Source: Hypanus sabinus
Lineage: Eukaryota
Assembly: GCF_030144855.1 (NCBI RefSeq)
Contig: NC_082706.1
Span: 24,676,001-24,740,000, forward strand
Direction of reading: 5' to 3'
DNA length: 64,000 nucleotides
The notes beneath the pieces are model-generated. The model saw nothing but the letters and a program-made list of their open reading frames with translations. It was not told the origin of the DNA and ran no database searches. This document shows, piece by piece, positions 12,150-25,530 of this stretch (its first letter is position 1; each line of letters begins with the position of its first letter). Both the position numbers and the translations under genes were made by a program.

Positions 12150-13530
12150 CTACCATTGAACTGCATTAATCCACGCAAAATGAGAGATCTCCCGTTTAGA
12201 CACTGGAATGGTATGGGATACCCAACCACTGACCTGCTCCCACACTGACAGCATTTGTGTCGCAGGACCTGTTGAGCTTCAGGTCAAAGGTGGACACCAG
12301 GATGTTGACATGGGCAGGTTCGGCATTGGCAATACCATGCAACGTCATGGGCAGATGGTCAGGTTTTCTCTTTTGGATACAGACATTGGCATGTTTGTAG
12401 CATTTAGCACGTTCCTTGCCTTCATGAATGTATGTAAGAACTCAAGGGACTGCAGGTGTTCGAACCCAGACGATCATATGAAATATTGGAAAAACTCAGT
12501 GGGTCAGGCAGCATCTGTGGACAGAAGTGGACAGTAGACATTTTGGGTCCAGATAAAGGGTCTCGGCGAGAAGCTTTGATTGTCTACTTCCCTCCAAATT
12601 GCTACCTGATCTACTGAGCTCCTCCAGTGTTTTGTGTGATACATGAACATAGTCTCATGTCTTGTTGCTCGTAGATATAGATTGGTGATGTGGTGAAGAA
12701 CTTCTGCAGTTATGTTCTGGAGCTGGGCTGATGGACTATCCTCCTTTGAGCAATAGACTCCGGCTATTGAAATGTTCCCCTTAATTCCCATTAACTTGTT
12801 TCATTGGTGATCAAAGTCAAAGTAAAATTTATTATCAAACTACGTATATGTTACCATACATTACCATGAGACTCATTTTCTTGCAGGTATTTACAGGAAA
12901 ATTTTAAAAGTTAAGCAGAGTATATGAAAAGTTATACACAAACAAAGACTGATAAACAATGTGCAAAAGAACACAAGTTGTGCAAATAAAAATAAATAAC
13001 GCTGAGGACACGAGCATGATGATTGCAGGGTAAGAACTGTTCCTGAGCCAGGTGGTGTGGGGACCACATCACACTTGATCAAATGCTCCATTGGTAAAAT
13101 GGACAGACACCATCCCATCTCTACAAATCAGATCTCTGTCCATAGTTGAACCAAAGCTGTGCTAAGCCTCAGTGAACCTGGTTAAACACTAAATACGCTT
13201 TGTTGACTACCGATGTTACAGATGGTTGAGGGCAGACTGACTAGGTGGTAATTAGCCAGATTCACTTGGACCTGACTTTCGTCAGCAGACTGTATGTAAA
13301 CTCTTTTTGGCATGTTGGTGTTGTAACTGAACTAGCACAGCTCAGCTAGAAGCACAAATAGTTCTTAAGTTTTACAGCTCAGTACGATAACTTCTGCTGT
13401 GCTTACAGCTGTCAATCGTTTCTTGATATCCAGTAGAAAGAGTCCCATTGGTTGAAAAGTTCTGTTTGACAGGATCCCAGGAGGGAGCTGAAATGTGTGA
13501 CTTGCTCAGCGATTCTCGTTGGACACAGTT
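12150..13530 (-). mobile_element. Ancient L2/CR1-group LINE relic, interrupted by younger repeats
   Basis: Reverse strand of 12220-12370 reads HLPMTLHGIANAEPAHVNILVSTFDLKL...AGQWLGI, resembling an RT C-terminus. Interrupted by a palindromic Penelope-end element (12440-12640) and a Rex-type tail (12810-13070). Confidence 0.45.
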
Positions 13531-13541
13531 GAAAACGCTTT

Positions 13542-13728
13542 AGTAACACACACAAAATGCTGCAGGAACTCAGCAGACCAGGCAGCACCTATGGACGGTA
13601 CAGTCGACGTTTTGGGCCGAAACCCTTCAGATCCTGCTGAAGGGTCTCGGCCTGAAACAGCGACTGTACTGTGCTCCATGGATGCTGCCTGGCCTGCTGA
13701 GTTCCTCCAGCATTTTGTGTGTGTTACT
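13542..13728. repeat. Palindromic mini-element made of two inverted Penelope-like 3' ends
   Basis: AGTAACACACACAAAATGCTGCAGGAACTCAGCAG...CCCTTCAG / CTGAAGGG...CTGCTGAGTTCCTCCAGCATTTTGTGTGTGTTACT. Arms are ~90 bp. Confidence 0.85.
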
Positions 13729-13764
13729 TGGTTTTACAGCATCTGCAGATTTTCTCTTGTGGGT

Positions 13765-14292
13765 GATAGGTGAAGCCGAGTGAGGGGGAGGGAATTGAAG
13801 TGAAAAGCTGGGAGGTGATAAGTGGAAAAGGTAAAGGACTGAAGAAAGCATCTAATAGGAGAGGAGAGGTGATCATGGAATGAGGAGGGGCACCAGGGGA
13901 AAGTGCTAGGCAGGTGAGGAGAAGAGAAGGGACAAGAGGAGAGCCAGATTGGGGAATGGAAGAAGAGAGAAAGGGGAGGAGGGGGATAATTACTGGAAGT
14001 TACAGAAATCGATGTTCGTGCTTTCACATTGGAGGCTACCCAGACAGAACATGAGGTGTTGCTTCTCCAACCTGAGACTGTCTTCATTGTGGTGGGAGGG
14101 GAGACCATGGACTGATTGTTGGAAAGGGAATGGGGATAGGGATTAAATGGTTGGCCACTGGAAAATCCTGCTTTTTGCAGATGGAACAAAGGTGCCCGAT
14201 CTACATTCGGTCTCACCAATGCAGAGGAGGTGGCACCGGGAGCAACTGACACAGTAGATGACCCCCAGACAGAAGTGCAGGTGAAATGTTGC
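13765..14292 (-). mobile_element. Penelope-like retroelement fragment (GIY-YIG endonuclease relic plus 3'UTR)
   Basis: Reverse strand of 14200-14270 reads GVIYCVSCSRCHLLCIGETECR. Pyrimidine-rich 3'UTR as in the 50.4-51.2 kb copy. Confidence 0.8.
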
Positions 14293-14299
14293 TTAGGTC

Positions 14300-15500
14300 A
14301 AGAAAGCAAGTTGTGTCTCCAATTCCTGAGGAGATTGAAGCAAGCGAGGTAACCCCACCCCATTTTTACAGGAGAACCACTGACAGTGCCCTGACCAGCT
14401 GCATCACCACCTGGTGCAGGAACTGCAAGACATCTGACTGGAAAGGATTTTGAGGACTGCCAAGAGTATCATCAAAGTCTCTCTTCTACCCATCAGAGAT
14501 ACTTATCAGGTGTGCCTCTTTCACCTTAGATAGCTGAAGAAGTTCAGCATGAGTCCCCAGATCCTCCGTACTTTTCTACAGGGGCACGATCGACAGCATC
14601 TTAGCTGGCTATGTCACTGCCTGATATGGGAACTGCACTTCCCTCAACCGCAGGGCACTGCAGAGAGTGGTGTGGACAGCCCAGCGCATCTGTAGATGTG
14701 AACTTCCCTCTATTCAGAACATTTACAGCAGTAGGTCAGTAAAAAGGGCCTGGAAGATCATCAGGGACTCCAGCCACCCCAGCCACAAACTGCTTCAGCT
14801 GCTACAATCTGGCAAACAGTACTGCAGCATTAAGGCCAGGACCGACAGGCTCTGGGACAGCTTCTTTCACTAGGCCATCAGGTTGATCGATACATATTGA
14901 TCTGATTGCATACCTGACTGTACATTGATCTGATTGTGTATCTGACTGTACATACGTGCATACAAAACAATTATGTATACAAGATTAGTGTCTGGGCAAT
15001 ATCCTCCCACATTTCCCTACCTTATCGCTTGAGATGCAATATAAATATTTTTACTTCCTTGGATGTAATAAGTAAAATAAATACAAATACACAGAGTTCC
15101 TTGTACTGTCAAGGTTTCCTCCCATCCGTCCCACAATCTCTTTGACCTCCTACTATCGGGTAGGAGGTACAGTAGCATTAAGACAAGGACTGTCAGGATG
15201 AGAAACAGCTTCTTCCCCCAGGCCACGAGACCACTGAACTCCCAGGCAATATCCAGGTCTCACCACTTAAGAAGCCAGTAGTGCTGTACGGTTTACTTTT
15301 TAAACTTGTGTTGTAAATGCACCTTTTGGAAAATGTCATCTTCTGGAATATATTTTAGTATTTGTTAATTTATTTGTGGTAATATTACTTAATGTGCTGT
15401 GAGTTTGTATATGTGCTGTGTTGTGCACCTTGGTCCGGAGGAACATTATTTTGTTTGGTGGTATAAATGTATAGAGTTGAACGCCAGTAAGCTTGAACTT
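14300..15500 (+). mobile_element. Nested Rex1/Babar LINE 3' fragments (younger copy ~14515-15085 inside an older one)
   Basis: LKKFSMSPQILRT...LQRVVWTAQRI...LPSIQNIY...IIRDSSHPSHKL...ARTDRLWDSFF, a typical Rex1/Babar RT C-terminus. The older copy resumes at ~15088. Confidence 0.75.
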
Positions 15501-18162
15501 AATACTGAGGGGCATTATCACCTGCAAGCTTCTCTTACACACTATTGTGACTGAGAACTATTTCAGCAGCAGCAAATCAAACCACTAGAACTTTTGGTAT
15601 AACAGCACCTTCAACGCGAAGACTTGACCAGCCAAAAATGCGATTCACCATCATCTTTCCAATGCAGTCCGTGTTGGGTAATAAAAGTGGGTCTTGTCAG
15701 CACCCCCCTTAAACAAATTTCTTTAGCTCTGCCTGCCAATTGTATCCAGGTTCTCTGTATTCACTTGTATATACTCAGCGTACAACCGGAACTGAGAAGA
15801 ACGTCTTGAAAGCAAAAGCTTTAATCCAGAATATTAGTTGAGGTCTTGTGTGACTCACTGTACGGCACTGTTAACAACATTATTATTTCATGGGAAAGCC
15901 TGCCTTTCACATTTGTGATGAAATTTTGGCTTCAGTTCAACACAGGAGATCGTTTGATCTCTGTGCCTGTGCTGGGTCTGAGAAAGAAGTTTCCAATTAG
16001 CAGCGCGTAAGCCTCCTTGCCCAGACTTCAGCAATACTTTCTTTTCCGGTATGTACTCGGTTTTCTTTTGAAATGCAAAGTCTGTTCATAATGATTCAGA
16101 TCTCGCTTAACAAATTGAAACAAATCACTGTGTAAAGCAGTCTTCTGTGTGGATAACTTGTCAATGATCTTCACTTCAGATCCAGTTATCACATTGGGTT
16201 CTGTTGTTTCATTGGAGTTTCATTGGAGTAATTCTTTACTTATGCTGGTGTTACCTTTTATGCCTGTTTGCTGGGGCATACGTCACCCTTCGTTGTCCAT
16301 GAAAACAGGGCAAAGCAGTAACGGGAGCTGTATGACTGAGCAAGTAGACAGATGTTGGCATTGCTATCAGGTGCCTGGATATGTGCCGCAGTATTCAGTT
16401 GTGCGGTGAAACCGAGTTTATCAGCTTCAGTCGGAATTGGAAGAAGATGGCTCCAATGACCAACGTGATTAAGGTTCATGAAACTACTACTTTTATGTCG
16501 TCTTTTTCTTTCAAATGTGGTTCTGCTACTGTTGGAGCCTGTGACCTACAATTCCACATTGTGTTATTGGGCTGATTAAGTGATCTGGCACTTTGCTGTT
16601 TCTGAGAGGCTTCAAGTGGAGCGTGCGGCCTCAAGGCCAAGAAGCCAAGAGTCGGGGCACGGGCCCATGATCGACTCCATTTCTTACCGATCTCACCGAT
16701 TAAAGCACTGAGGAAGATTGAAATCATTGAGGTGAGCATGGAAGGGTGAGCAAGTTTTCAGCGCCATCTACTAGCCTCTCGCTCGGCGCTGCTGTAAGAA
16801 TGTGTCGGCACGTAATGGTCTCTCTCTCCCTCTCACTCGCAGCTCTCGGAGGAAGGTCCCTGCGTTCATACGATTGCTCTTTCCCTTGATGCTGTCGGAG
16901 GATGGTGCTGAGGATTAATCTATGCAGCTTGTGAAATGGACCCTGTAGTTCACGTTATGATGTGTTTCTGGTTTCCGGTTTCCCCTTTTTCATTGCTATT
17001 TTGGGCGATTTTGAATCTGGGTGGTCTGCAGATAACGAACACTGAGGTGAACTGAATATGCCTGGAATCTTTCGATTTTTATTTTGTGTTTCTCGCTCGC
17101 TCTTTTTTTGTTGCCGCTTGTGCAATTTGTTTTTTTTTTGCATATGGGCGGGGTTGGATAATGTTTTTTTTGAAAGGACTCCATGGCTTTCCTTGTTGTG
17201 TGGCTGTCTGTGGGGAAGACAAATGCCAGGGCTGTCCACTGTATGCATACTTTGATAATAAACCTACTTTGAATCCTTTGAATCTTCACTGGGTGGGCAT
17301 TCATATGTTTCAGGATGAGGTTCTGATAAAGAGATAAGGGATCTAGAAACCACTAATTTCATTCACTGTTTAGGAGAGCATTGAGCTGCGGATACCCTGT
17401 TACGTGTGCAGAAACTGGAAAGTTGAACCCTAGTGGGAGCTTGACACTTCTTGTTTCCTATGGTCATACTTTGAAGGGGAGATACAACTGCGTAATGAGT
17501 CCCTCATTGGGACAGACAAAAGTCAAACTGATTATATTATCACAGAACATGTCATTCAATTGGCAGAGTTCTCAGCGCCGAGTCCGAAGATCGTAGGTTG
17601 AAATGATGCATTTTAGGATGCACTGGGGTGTGGTATATGTTGAAGTAAAGAAGCAATCTTTCTTTCTCGGGGATAACTTGAGAATGTGTGCAAGTTACAA
17701 ACTGAAGTGAGCTTAATGAGAAAGTATTAAATAGTGACTGAATTTTCTGTAAGAGTGGGTGGAGAGCAGAGTTGGCAATCTGTTTTGCCCGTCAATTCTG
17801 TGTGTCTCGCTGACAGACAATTGTACAAAAGGTAGAGTCAGTCTTATCTCAAAGATAACATTACAACCCAGCCCAGACAGTAGTGAGATATCGACTGAGT
17901 CAGAATGACAGTCAAACAAAGAGGGAAGATTACATTGATGGGATTATTCTGTAAATTCCCCAAACAGTCAGCAGGAAAAAAAGGAGAAAGAAGTGGGAAA
18001 ATCGCAGATAGGCAAAGGAATAATAGGGTTGCAACAGAAGGGAGTTTAACTTCGCCAATATTGACTGGGACTGCTTTAGAACTATGGGAACAGGTGGGTA
18101 TAATTTGCTAAGATTATCCAGGGAAGTTTTCTGAAATAATATGTAGATGGCCCTACTAAAGA

Positions 18163-20000
18163 GAAGAATGAAGGACCCAGCACTGTGCCCTGTGGCACAC
18201 CACTGGACGCAGACTTCCAATTATAACAACCGCCCTCTGTCTCCTACAGCCAACAAATTTTGTACTGAATTTGCTACATCAACCTAGATCCAATGTATTC
18301 TAAATATTTAGACCAACCTACCACTGCAGAATCTTGTCGAAGTCTATGTAGATAACATCTACCTCCTTGCCCTCGATGATCCTCAAGTACTTCCTCAAAA
18401 ACCCATCAAATTTGTAAGACGTGACTTCCCACAAACGAAACCATGTTGAATAACCTTAATTAGTCTCTGCCTTTTCAAATGCAAATAAATTCCAGCCCTC
18501 AGCATCCCCCTTCCAGTAACTTTCCAACCGTTGATGTAAACTCCACAGCCTGTAATTCCCTGATTAATCATTGCAGCCCTTCTTGTGCAGACACATTAGC
18601 CATTCTCCAGTCTTCCGGTACCTCATCCGATAGACCTCACATGAAAAGAGGTGACTGATTCCTGTGGCCTGACTAGGCGACTAAATTGGAAGCAAGTAAC
18701 CTCTTTGCTTCCATCACATATCGCCCGAGGATATACATACCCGGTCAAGCCCCAGGTTTTCCACCTTTTTCAGCTTCAAATTTATTTGCATTGGAAAAGG
18801 CAGAGACTAATTAAGGTTATTGCACTATTTTCGCCTTCCTAATTTCTTTCATAATCCCACATCCCTTAATCTCCTCAAGCGACTGGTGTAATCCCAGCTG
18901 CCTAGATGTGACATGCTTCTTTTTTTTCCAGAGCCTCAACAGTCCGTGTGAACCTGGTTTTCCCTACAGTGTCAGACTTGCCTTTTGCTCTAACAGGAAC
19001 TTGCTGGCCCTGAAAGCTTCCCATCCCACTTTCAATAGGCTCCCATTCGTCAGATGTCCCTTATCCTGCTAAAAGCCTCTCTCAATCAAATGCTGGAATT
19101 TCCTGTCTAATACCATCAAAATTAACCTTTCTCCAATTTAGGACCATAACTTGTTGGACCACTCCTACTATTTCCGAAAATTATCTCAAAACAAACACAA
19201 TTATGGTACTGATCTCAAAGTCCTCCTCCAATGATGCATCAACTCCTTACCCCAGCCTGACTTCCCAACAGGAGGTCAAGAGTAGCCAGCCTATTCTCTA
19301 GTGGGGCCACCTACATATTATCATGTACATTCATGATTCAGATGAGAATGTTGGTGGCAAGCTTACTAGATTTGCAGATGACACCAAAATTAGTGGTTAT
19401 AATGGGTTGGTAGGATAGGCTGTCTAAGGTTACAGAAAAATCTGGATCATCTGGGCAAGTGGTCGAGGGAATAGCTGGTGGAATTTAAGTCAGACAAATG
19501 CACAGCGATGCACTCTGGTAAGACAAACTAGGCCAGAACTTATCCAGTGAAAAGCAGGGCACTGGGAAGTGTTACTGGATGGCAAGAGTTTGGGGCACCC
19601 TTCAGTTTTGTACAAGTGGTGATACAAGTTGACAGGGTAGTAAAAAAGAAGTGCTTGGCATGCTGGCCTTCGTCGGCCAAGACATGGAATTGTGATGTCA
19701 TGTTACAAGTCATTGGTTAGGTCACAGTTGGAACATTGGGTGCGGTTCTGATCACCGTACTATAGAAAGAATGTCATTAAGCTAGAGAGAGTGCAGAAAA
19801 GATTCACAGGAATGAGAGCCTGAGTTACAAGAGACTGAATGGTCTAGGTCTTCTCTGGAGAGCAGGAGACTTGAGGGGTGACCTTATGGAGGATTATAAA
19901 ACTATAGGAGGGTAGATAGTCACAGTATTTTTCCCCAGAGTAAGAGAGTCTAAAGGTAAAGGTAAAGGTAATAAGAGAAAGGGAAAAGATTTAAAGGGGA
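18163..20000. mobile_element. CR1 LINE with 5' inversion (minus 18163-19317, plus 19318-20000)
   Basis: The minus part ends ...WKSASSGVPQGTVLGPSFF at 18163. The plus part starts IIMYIHDSDENVGGKLTRFADDTKISG at ~19318. Confidence 0.75.
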
Positions 20001-20829
20001 TTTCTCAGGAGATCAATTAAATTCAATAACACATTATGACTCATTTGTGACTTTATGTACTTGCCTTTGTCCCATATCCCTTACAACCTTTGTTTAATAA
20101 AAAATGCATTAATTTGGATGGATTTCAGCTTGCTAATATTAAAATATTTTCAAAAACAAAGGAGACAGGAGTGTAATCAGCAACCCAAGCCTGTTCCACC
20201 ATTCAATAATCATATAACAATTACAGCAAGGAAACAGGTCATCTCGGCCCTTCTGGTCCGCGCCAAACGCTTCCTCTCACCTAATCCCACAAGATAAGAT
20301 CTTGCCTGATCCATCCTTGGCCCCACCACCATTTTCCTGCCCTCTCTCTCCATGTCCCTTGGCTCCCTTGCGCTTTAAATGTCTGACAATCTCTGTCTGG
20401 CTTGCTGAGTTCCTCCAGCATTTTCTGTGTGTTGCTTGGATTTCCAGCATCTGTAGATTGTGATTGGATCTGCCTTGAATATATTCAGTGAGCTCTCTGA
20501 GAATTCCAAAAATTCAATGCTTGGAAGAAAATTCCTCCTCATATCCAGCTGAAGTATTGGCACCTCTTTCTTAATTTACACCGAGTGTAGAATTCCCCCT
20601 CCCCCAGTGGATAAACTTGCTCTTGATATCCGCCCTGTCAAGCCCCTCAGGATCTCATGTTTCGAGAGATCATCTCTCATTCTTTGAAACCACCTGCTTA
20701 ACTTTTTGTCATACACCAACCTCCGCCCCAAAATCAACCCAGTGAACCAAGCCTACGCTGCCTCCATTGTAAATCCACCTAAGATCCCAGATGTTGTTTT
20801 ATTGACTTGCGGGGGGTGGGGGAGTGTAA

Positions 20830-21500
20830 AATATTCAGATTAGTTAACAAAATGGAAATAGGTGGGAGAGCACGCAGGAGAGTTGCTGGGCTCTTCACCG
20901 AAGGGCAAATGAGTTTAATGTGGGAAAATGTAACGTTATGCACAGTAGAAAGAGAGGACTAAAGCCAGACCTATTTAAATGGAAAAAGAGAGCAAATTAC
21001 AGAGGAATCTAGATGTTCTTGTGCATGAATCACTAAAGCTTAGCAGATAGGTGTGGCAAACAGATAGGAAAGCAATTGTCATCCTTTATTGCAAGGAGGA
21101 TTTGGAAATAGAGAAGTATTATAACAATTGTAAAGGTGGTGGTGAAGCCACACCTGGAATATTGTGCACAGTTTTGATTGCCCCCCCCTTACTTGATAAA
21201 GGATTTATCAGTCTCGGAGGAAGTCCAAAAGAGATTTAATAGGCTAATTCCAAGGATGATGGAGTTGTTCTATTATGAGCAGCTAAATAAACTAGTTCTA
21301 TATTCCTTGTGGTTTAGAAGAATGAGGGGTGATCTTATTAAAACATGTAGGATACTAACGTGCATAACAGGGTGGATATTGAGACATATCTACCTGAACA
21401 TAGTGACATGGTTACAAGATGAGGGGGCAGGCAGCTGAAACTGAGGTTTGCAGGAACTTTGTCACGCAGAGAACATTCTAACCCCCATAGGGTTATGTAA
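20830..21500 (+). mobile_element. Degenerate CR1 3' fragment
   Basis: EEVQKRFNRLIPRM...LYSLWFRRMRGDLIKT. Confidence 0.7.
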
Positions 21501-21506
21501 GTTTAA

Positions 21507-23680
21507 TAGAGTGATAGAGAAATACAGCACATACAGCCTTTTGGTGAAATTAGTCAGTTAGCCCCAACTTCCCGCTTTGGGCCCATATCCCTCTAATTCT
21601 GATTCCTTCATTTACCTGTCTAAGTGCTTCTTAAATGGTGACTTTGTACTTGCTTCAACTACTTCATCTGCCTGCTCATTTCATATGCTCACCACCCCGA
21701 GATGATAGTTACCCTTCAGGTCCTTTTCAATTCTTTTCCTCCTCTACCTAAATACATGCCCCCATAGTTTTGGACTCCCCTACTCTGAGAAAAGACCGTT
21801 ACCTTCCACCTTATTTATGTCTCTCATATCCTAAACATTTCTGGAAGGTCATTCCTCATTCTCCTACGCTCTAAGGAATGATAACCTAGCATTGCCACCC
21901 TCGTCCTATAACTCATGCCCTCTATCATCACACTCTCACCAGTTTAACCACACCTTTCCTGTAACAGCGCGATCCAAACTGTACACAGTACCCCAAGTGC
22001 GGCCTAGTCAATGGCTTACACAATTGCGACATGCATACTCAGTGCCCTGACTGGTGGAGGTCAGAAAATTAAACACCTCTCTCGCCACCCTGTCTACCTG
22101 TGATGCTGTTTTCAACAAACTATGCACTTGTACTGCGACACCCCTCTGTTCCGTTACACCCCCTAGTGCCTACCTTTCATAATTCTATGTTCTACATTAA
22201 TGAATTCCACACTGGTTTGCCTTTCTAAAATGCATCACTCACATTTATCTGTATTGAAATCTGCCACTACTCTGCCCACTTCCCTTAACTCATCAAGATC
22301 CCCTTGTAATCTACAATAACCTTCTTCATAACCTACAATGCCTCCTAGTTTTATGTCATCCACAAACTTACCGATCAAGCCTTGTGCATTTGCATCCAAA
22401 TAATTTAAGTAAATATTGAATAACAAGAGCCCCAACACCAACCCCTGTGGCACACTACTGCTCATCTTCAACCACTACCCTCTACTTTCTATCTCTGAGC
22501 CAACTTTGAATCTACTTAACTAGCTCTCCCTGGATTCCAAGGGACATCACCTTACATAGCAGCCAACCATGCAGCCCTTGTTGAAGGCCTTGCTAAAGTC
22601 CAAATAGACAACATCTACTACTCTCCCCATATCGGTCTTCTTCGCTTATCTGTTCAAAAAACTCTTCAGCATGATATCCTACACACAAAGCCACATTGAC
22701 TCTCCCTAATCAGAGTCTGTCCAAATACTGCTAGAACCTGTCCCTCAGAATCCCCTCCAGTAATTTTCTCACTACTGTTGTCAAGCTGACTGACCTGTAC
22801 TTCCCTGACTTGCCCTACTAGCTTCCTTGAAGAATGGAAAAGCATTAGCCATCTTCTGGTCTTTGGGAACCTCACCAGTACCTAACTGTGAATCAAATAT
22901 CTCTGCAAATGCTTTATTTGCCTCCCACAAAGTCTAAGGGTGCACAGGTTTGGGCTCTGGGGATTTACACACCTTAATGTGCTGTAAGGCTACAGATAGC
23001 GTAGTGTTTAGCTATCACAGTGCCAGTGACCCAGGTTCAATGCCTGCTGCTGACTGCAAGGAGTTTGCACATTCTGCCCATGACTGTGTGGGTTTCCTCC
23101 GGGCTTTCCGGTTTCCTCCCATTTTCTAAAGTCGTACGGGTTAATAGGTTAAGTGGTCACATTGGTGTTTTTGGGTGACATGGGCTCATTGGGCAGAAGA
23201 CCCCCTAACAGTGCTGTATCTCTAATAAGAAGTAATATAAAGAAAGTATCTCATCTCTGGTAATATGAATGTAGTCCAAAGCATTTCCACCTGTTTTCCT
23301 TACATCTTGAGCAACTACGGTTTTCTCATCAGCAAGGACCAAGGAGAAATATTTGTTAAAAACCTCACCTATCTTTTGCAGCTCAAGACACAGGCAGCCC
23401 TGCTGATCTCTAATGGGACCTACTCTCTCCCTGGCCACACTTTAATTAGTACATAGCTATAGAACCTATCAGGATTTCCCATAACCTTACCCCCAGATCT
23501 AACTCATAGCCTCTCTTTAACCTCCTGACTTCCTTCTTAATAGTATTCTTAAATCATTTTATAGTCACAAGGGATTCACTCTTGCCCTAACCTCCTAAAC
23601 CCAATTTAAGCTTCCTCCTTTTTTGACCAGAGCCTCAATATTTCTGATCAACTAAGGTTCTTTGAACTTTTGCAATTGTC
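21507..23680 (-). mobile_element. 5'-truncated CR1 LINE with a V-SINE inserted at ~22998-23241
   Basis: SVPQGLVLGLLLFNIYLN...KFVDDIKLGG, ESQCGFV, RERVGPIRDQQG. CR1 tail at ~21507. Confidence 0.8.
22998..23241 (+). mobile_element. tRNA-derived V-domain SINE (HE1/V-SINE-like)
   Basis: Box B-like GGTTCAATGCC and V core GTGGGTTTCCTCCGGGCTTTCCGGTTTCCTCCCA. Related copies at ~24630-24865(-), 26740-27020(-), 27550-27770(-), 35588-35842(+), 38150-38488(+), 45040-45335(-), 52694-53025(+), 56006-56265(+), 58670-58975(+) and 63360-63672(+). Confidence 0.8.
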
Positions 23681-24884
23681 TTTATTTCGGTTTTTGGAAG
23701 AAGAAGCATTGCAAAATAGGAGCAAGAATAGACCATTTAGCCTTTGATCCTGCGGCCAGTTCAGTGCAATCATGGCGGATCATCCACCTCAATAAAATAT
23801 TCCCATCCTCTCCCCTTACCCTCTGATGCCTTTTCATTCTGGACAATCATTTCAGACACGAGTTTCTTACCCTTTTACTTAATATGAAGATCTGTCTTGC
23901 TACAATAATTCATTCCTAAAGCATGCCTTACTATGAATTATTCATTAATCCTGCCTTGGGAATCACTACCAGATCTAAAATAGCTCGTACCTTGATTGAT
24001 CATGCAACATTTTACTTTTAAGATATATTCTATGAACTTGTCTATCCTTGCCAATTTGATTGTTTGAGATGACTTGATGATCAAAGTTACCCATAATTAT
24101 TGTAGTACTGTTTTATTTTAACAAACTCTCACTATTTCTTCATAATGTGTCCTACTGTTCAAAACTGGCTTCTTATCCTTATTATTTCTTCTCTCCACTC
24201 ATATCTTGCGTTTCTGGGCCAATATCATTCCTTGCTACTGCAGTGACCTCATTTTGAATCAGATGAGTAATCCATCAGCTTTTCCTTTCTGCTTATAATG
24301 AAATGTCCCTTGAAATTGTACTTCTAAAACAGGGTTAGAACAAACTTAGAAGATAGTTGAAAACACCATTAACTGTATTAATTATATTCCGGTACCCTGC
24401 TCTCATTATTTTGCTTTGTCTTCTATTGTCTCTCAGGGTTTGAAGTGACATCCGTAACATGTAGGATGGGAATGTGTAGAAAATGTAGGCAAGAGTGCCC
24501 TCCTCGGAGGGATCCATGTTGTTTAGTCAGATTGCAGCTGGTATCGTCTTTTTTGACAAAATCCTACTTCGTTGCTTTCCAAAATGTCTTAAAGAAGAGG
24601 CAAACTATAAGGCGTGATAAAGGTTGAAGATTAACTTTACTTATCACGTGTACATCAAAACATAGAGCGAAATTGTGTCAACGGCCAAAGGGTGTACCAG
24701 GGGAGGGCAGCCCTCAAATATCGCCATGCATCTGCCGTCAATGTAGCATGACCACAACTTACTAACTGTAACCCATACGTCATCTGGAACGTGGAAGGAA
24801 ACGGAAGCATCTAAAGAAAACCAATGCGGTCACGGGAAGAATGTACAAACTCCTTACAGACAGAGAAAGAGGGGTAGCAATTTC

Positions 24885-25530
24885 AAGTTCCTGGCTCTGT
24901 GTCAGCATCACTGAGGATCTGTCCTGAGTCCAGCATTTCAAAAAGAGGGCATGACAGCAGCCATATTTCAATCGGAGTTTGAAGAGATTTCGAATGTCAC
25001 CAGATCCTTGCAAATTTCTACAGATGTATTGTGGAGAGCATTCTAACTGGCTGCATCACTGTCTGGTAAGGGAGTTCCACTAAACGGGATCAATTTAAGC
25101 TGCAGAAAGTTATAAACACAGGCAGGGCATCATGGGCACTAGCCTCCCCAACATTCAGGACATCTTCAAGGAGCGGTGCCTGAAAAAGGCGGCATCCATC
25201 CTTTAGGACCTCCACCACCCAGGACATGCCCTCTTCTCATTGCTACCATCAAGGAGGAGGTACAGGAGCCTGACGACACTCTCTCAGCAATTCATGAACA
25301 GCTTCTTCCCTTCTGCTATCAAATTTCTGAAAGGACATTTGAACCCATGCATATTACCATACTTCTTTCTTTCCCTCTCTCAATTTGTGCTAATTATTTA
25401 ACTTTTTAAAATATATATACATCTTACAGTAATTTTACAGTTTTTATGTATTACAGTTCATTGCTGCTGTATAACAACAAATTTCATGACATATGCCAGT
25501 GATATTAAAGCTGATTCTAATTCTGATATT
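24885..25530 (+). mobile_element. Rex1/Babar LINE 3' fragment
   Basis: AATTTCAAGTTCCTGG...GAGAGCATTCTAACTGGCTGCATCACTGTCTGG...CACCACCCAGGACATGCCCTCTTCTC and a CTGATT-type tail. Confidence 0.75.

Noticed and set aside
13542-13728. CRISPR-like or pre-miRNA interpretation of the recurring palindromes
   Set aside because: They are dispersed rather than regularly spaced, have no spacers or cas genes, and are homologous to Penelope termini. A miRNA call cannot be supported without small-RNA data.
15560-16430. Hidden alternative exon or nested gene in this repeat-poor stretch
   Set aside because: I found no convincing acceptor-ORF-donor combination or recognisable peptide on either strand.
22998-23060. 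tRNA genes at SINE heads (GGTTCAA box B motifs)
   Set aside because: No cloverleaf; each is followed by the V-SINE core, so these are SINE promoter relics.
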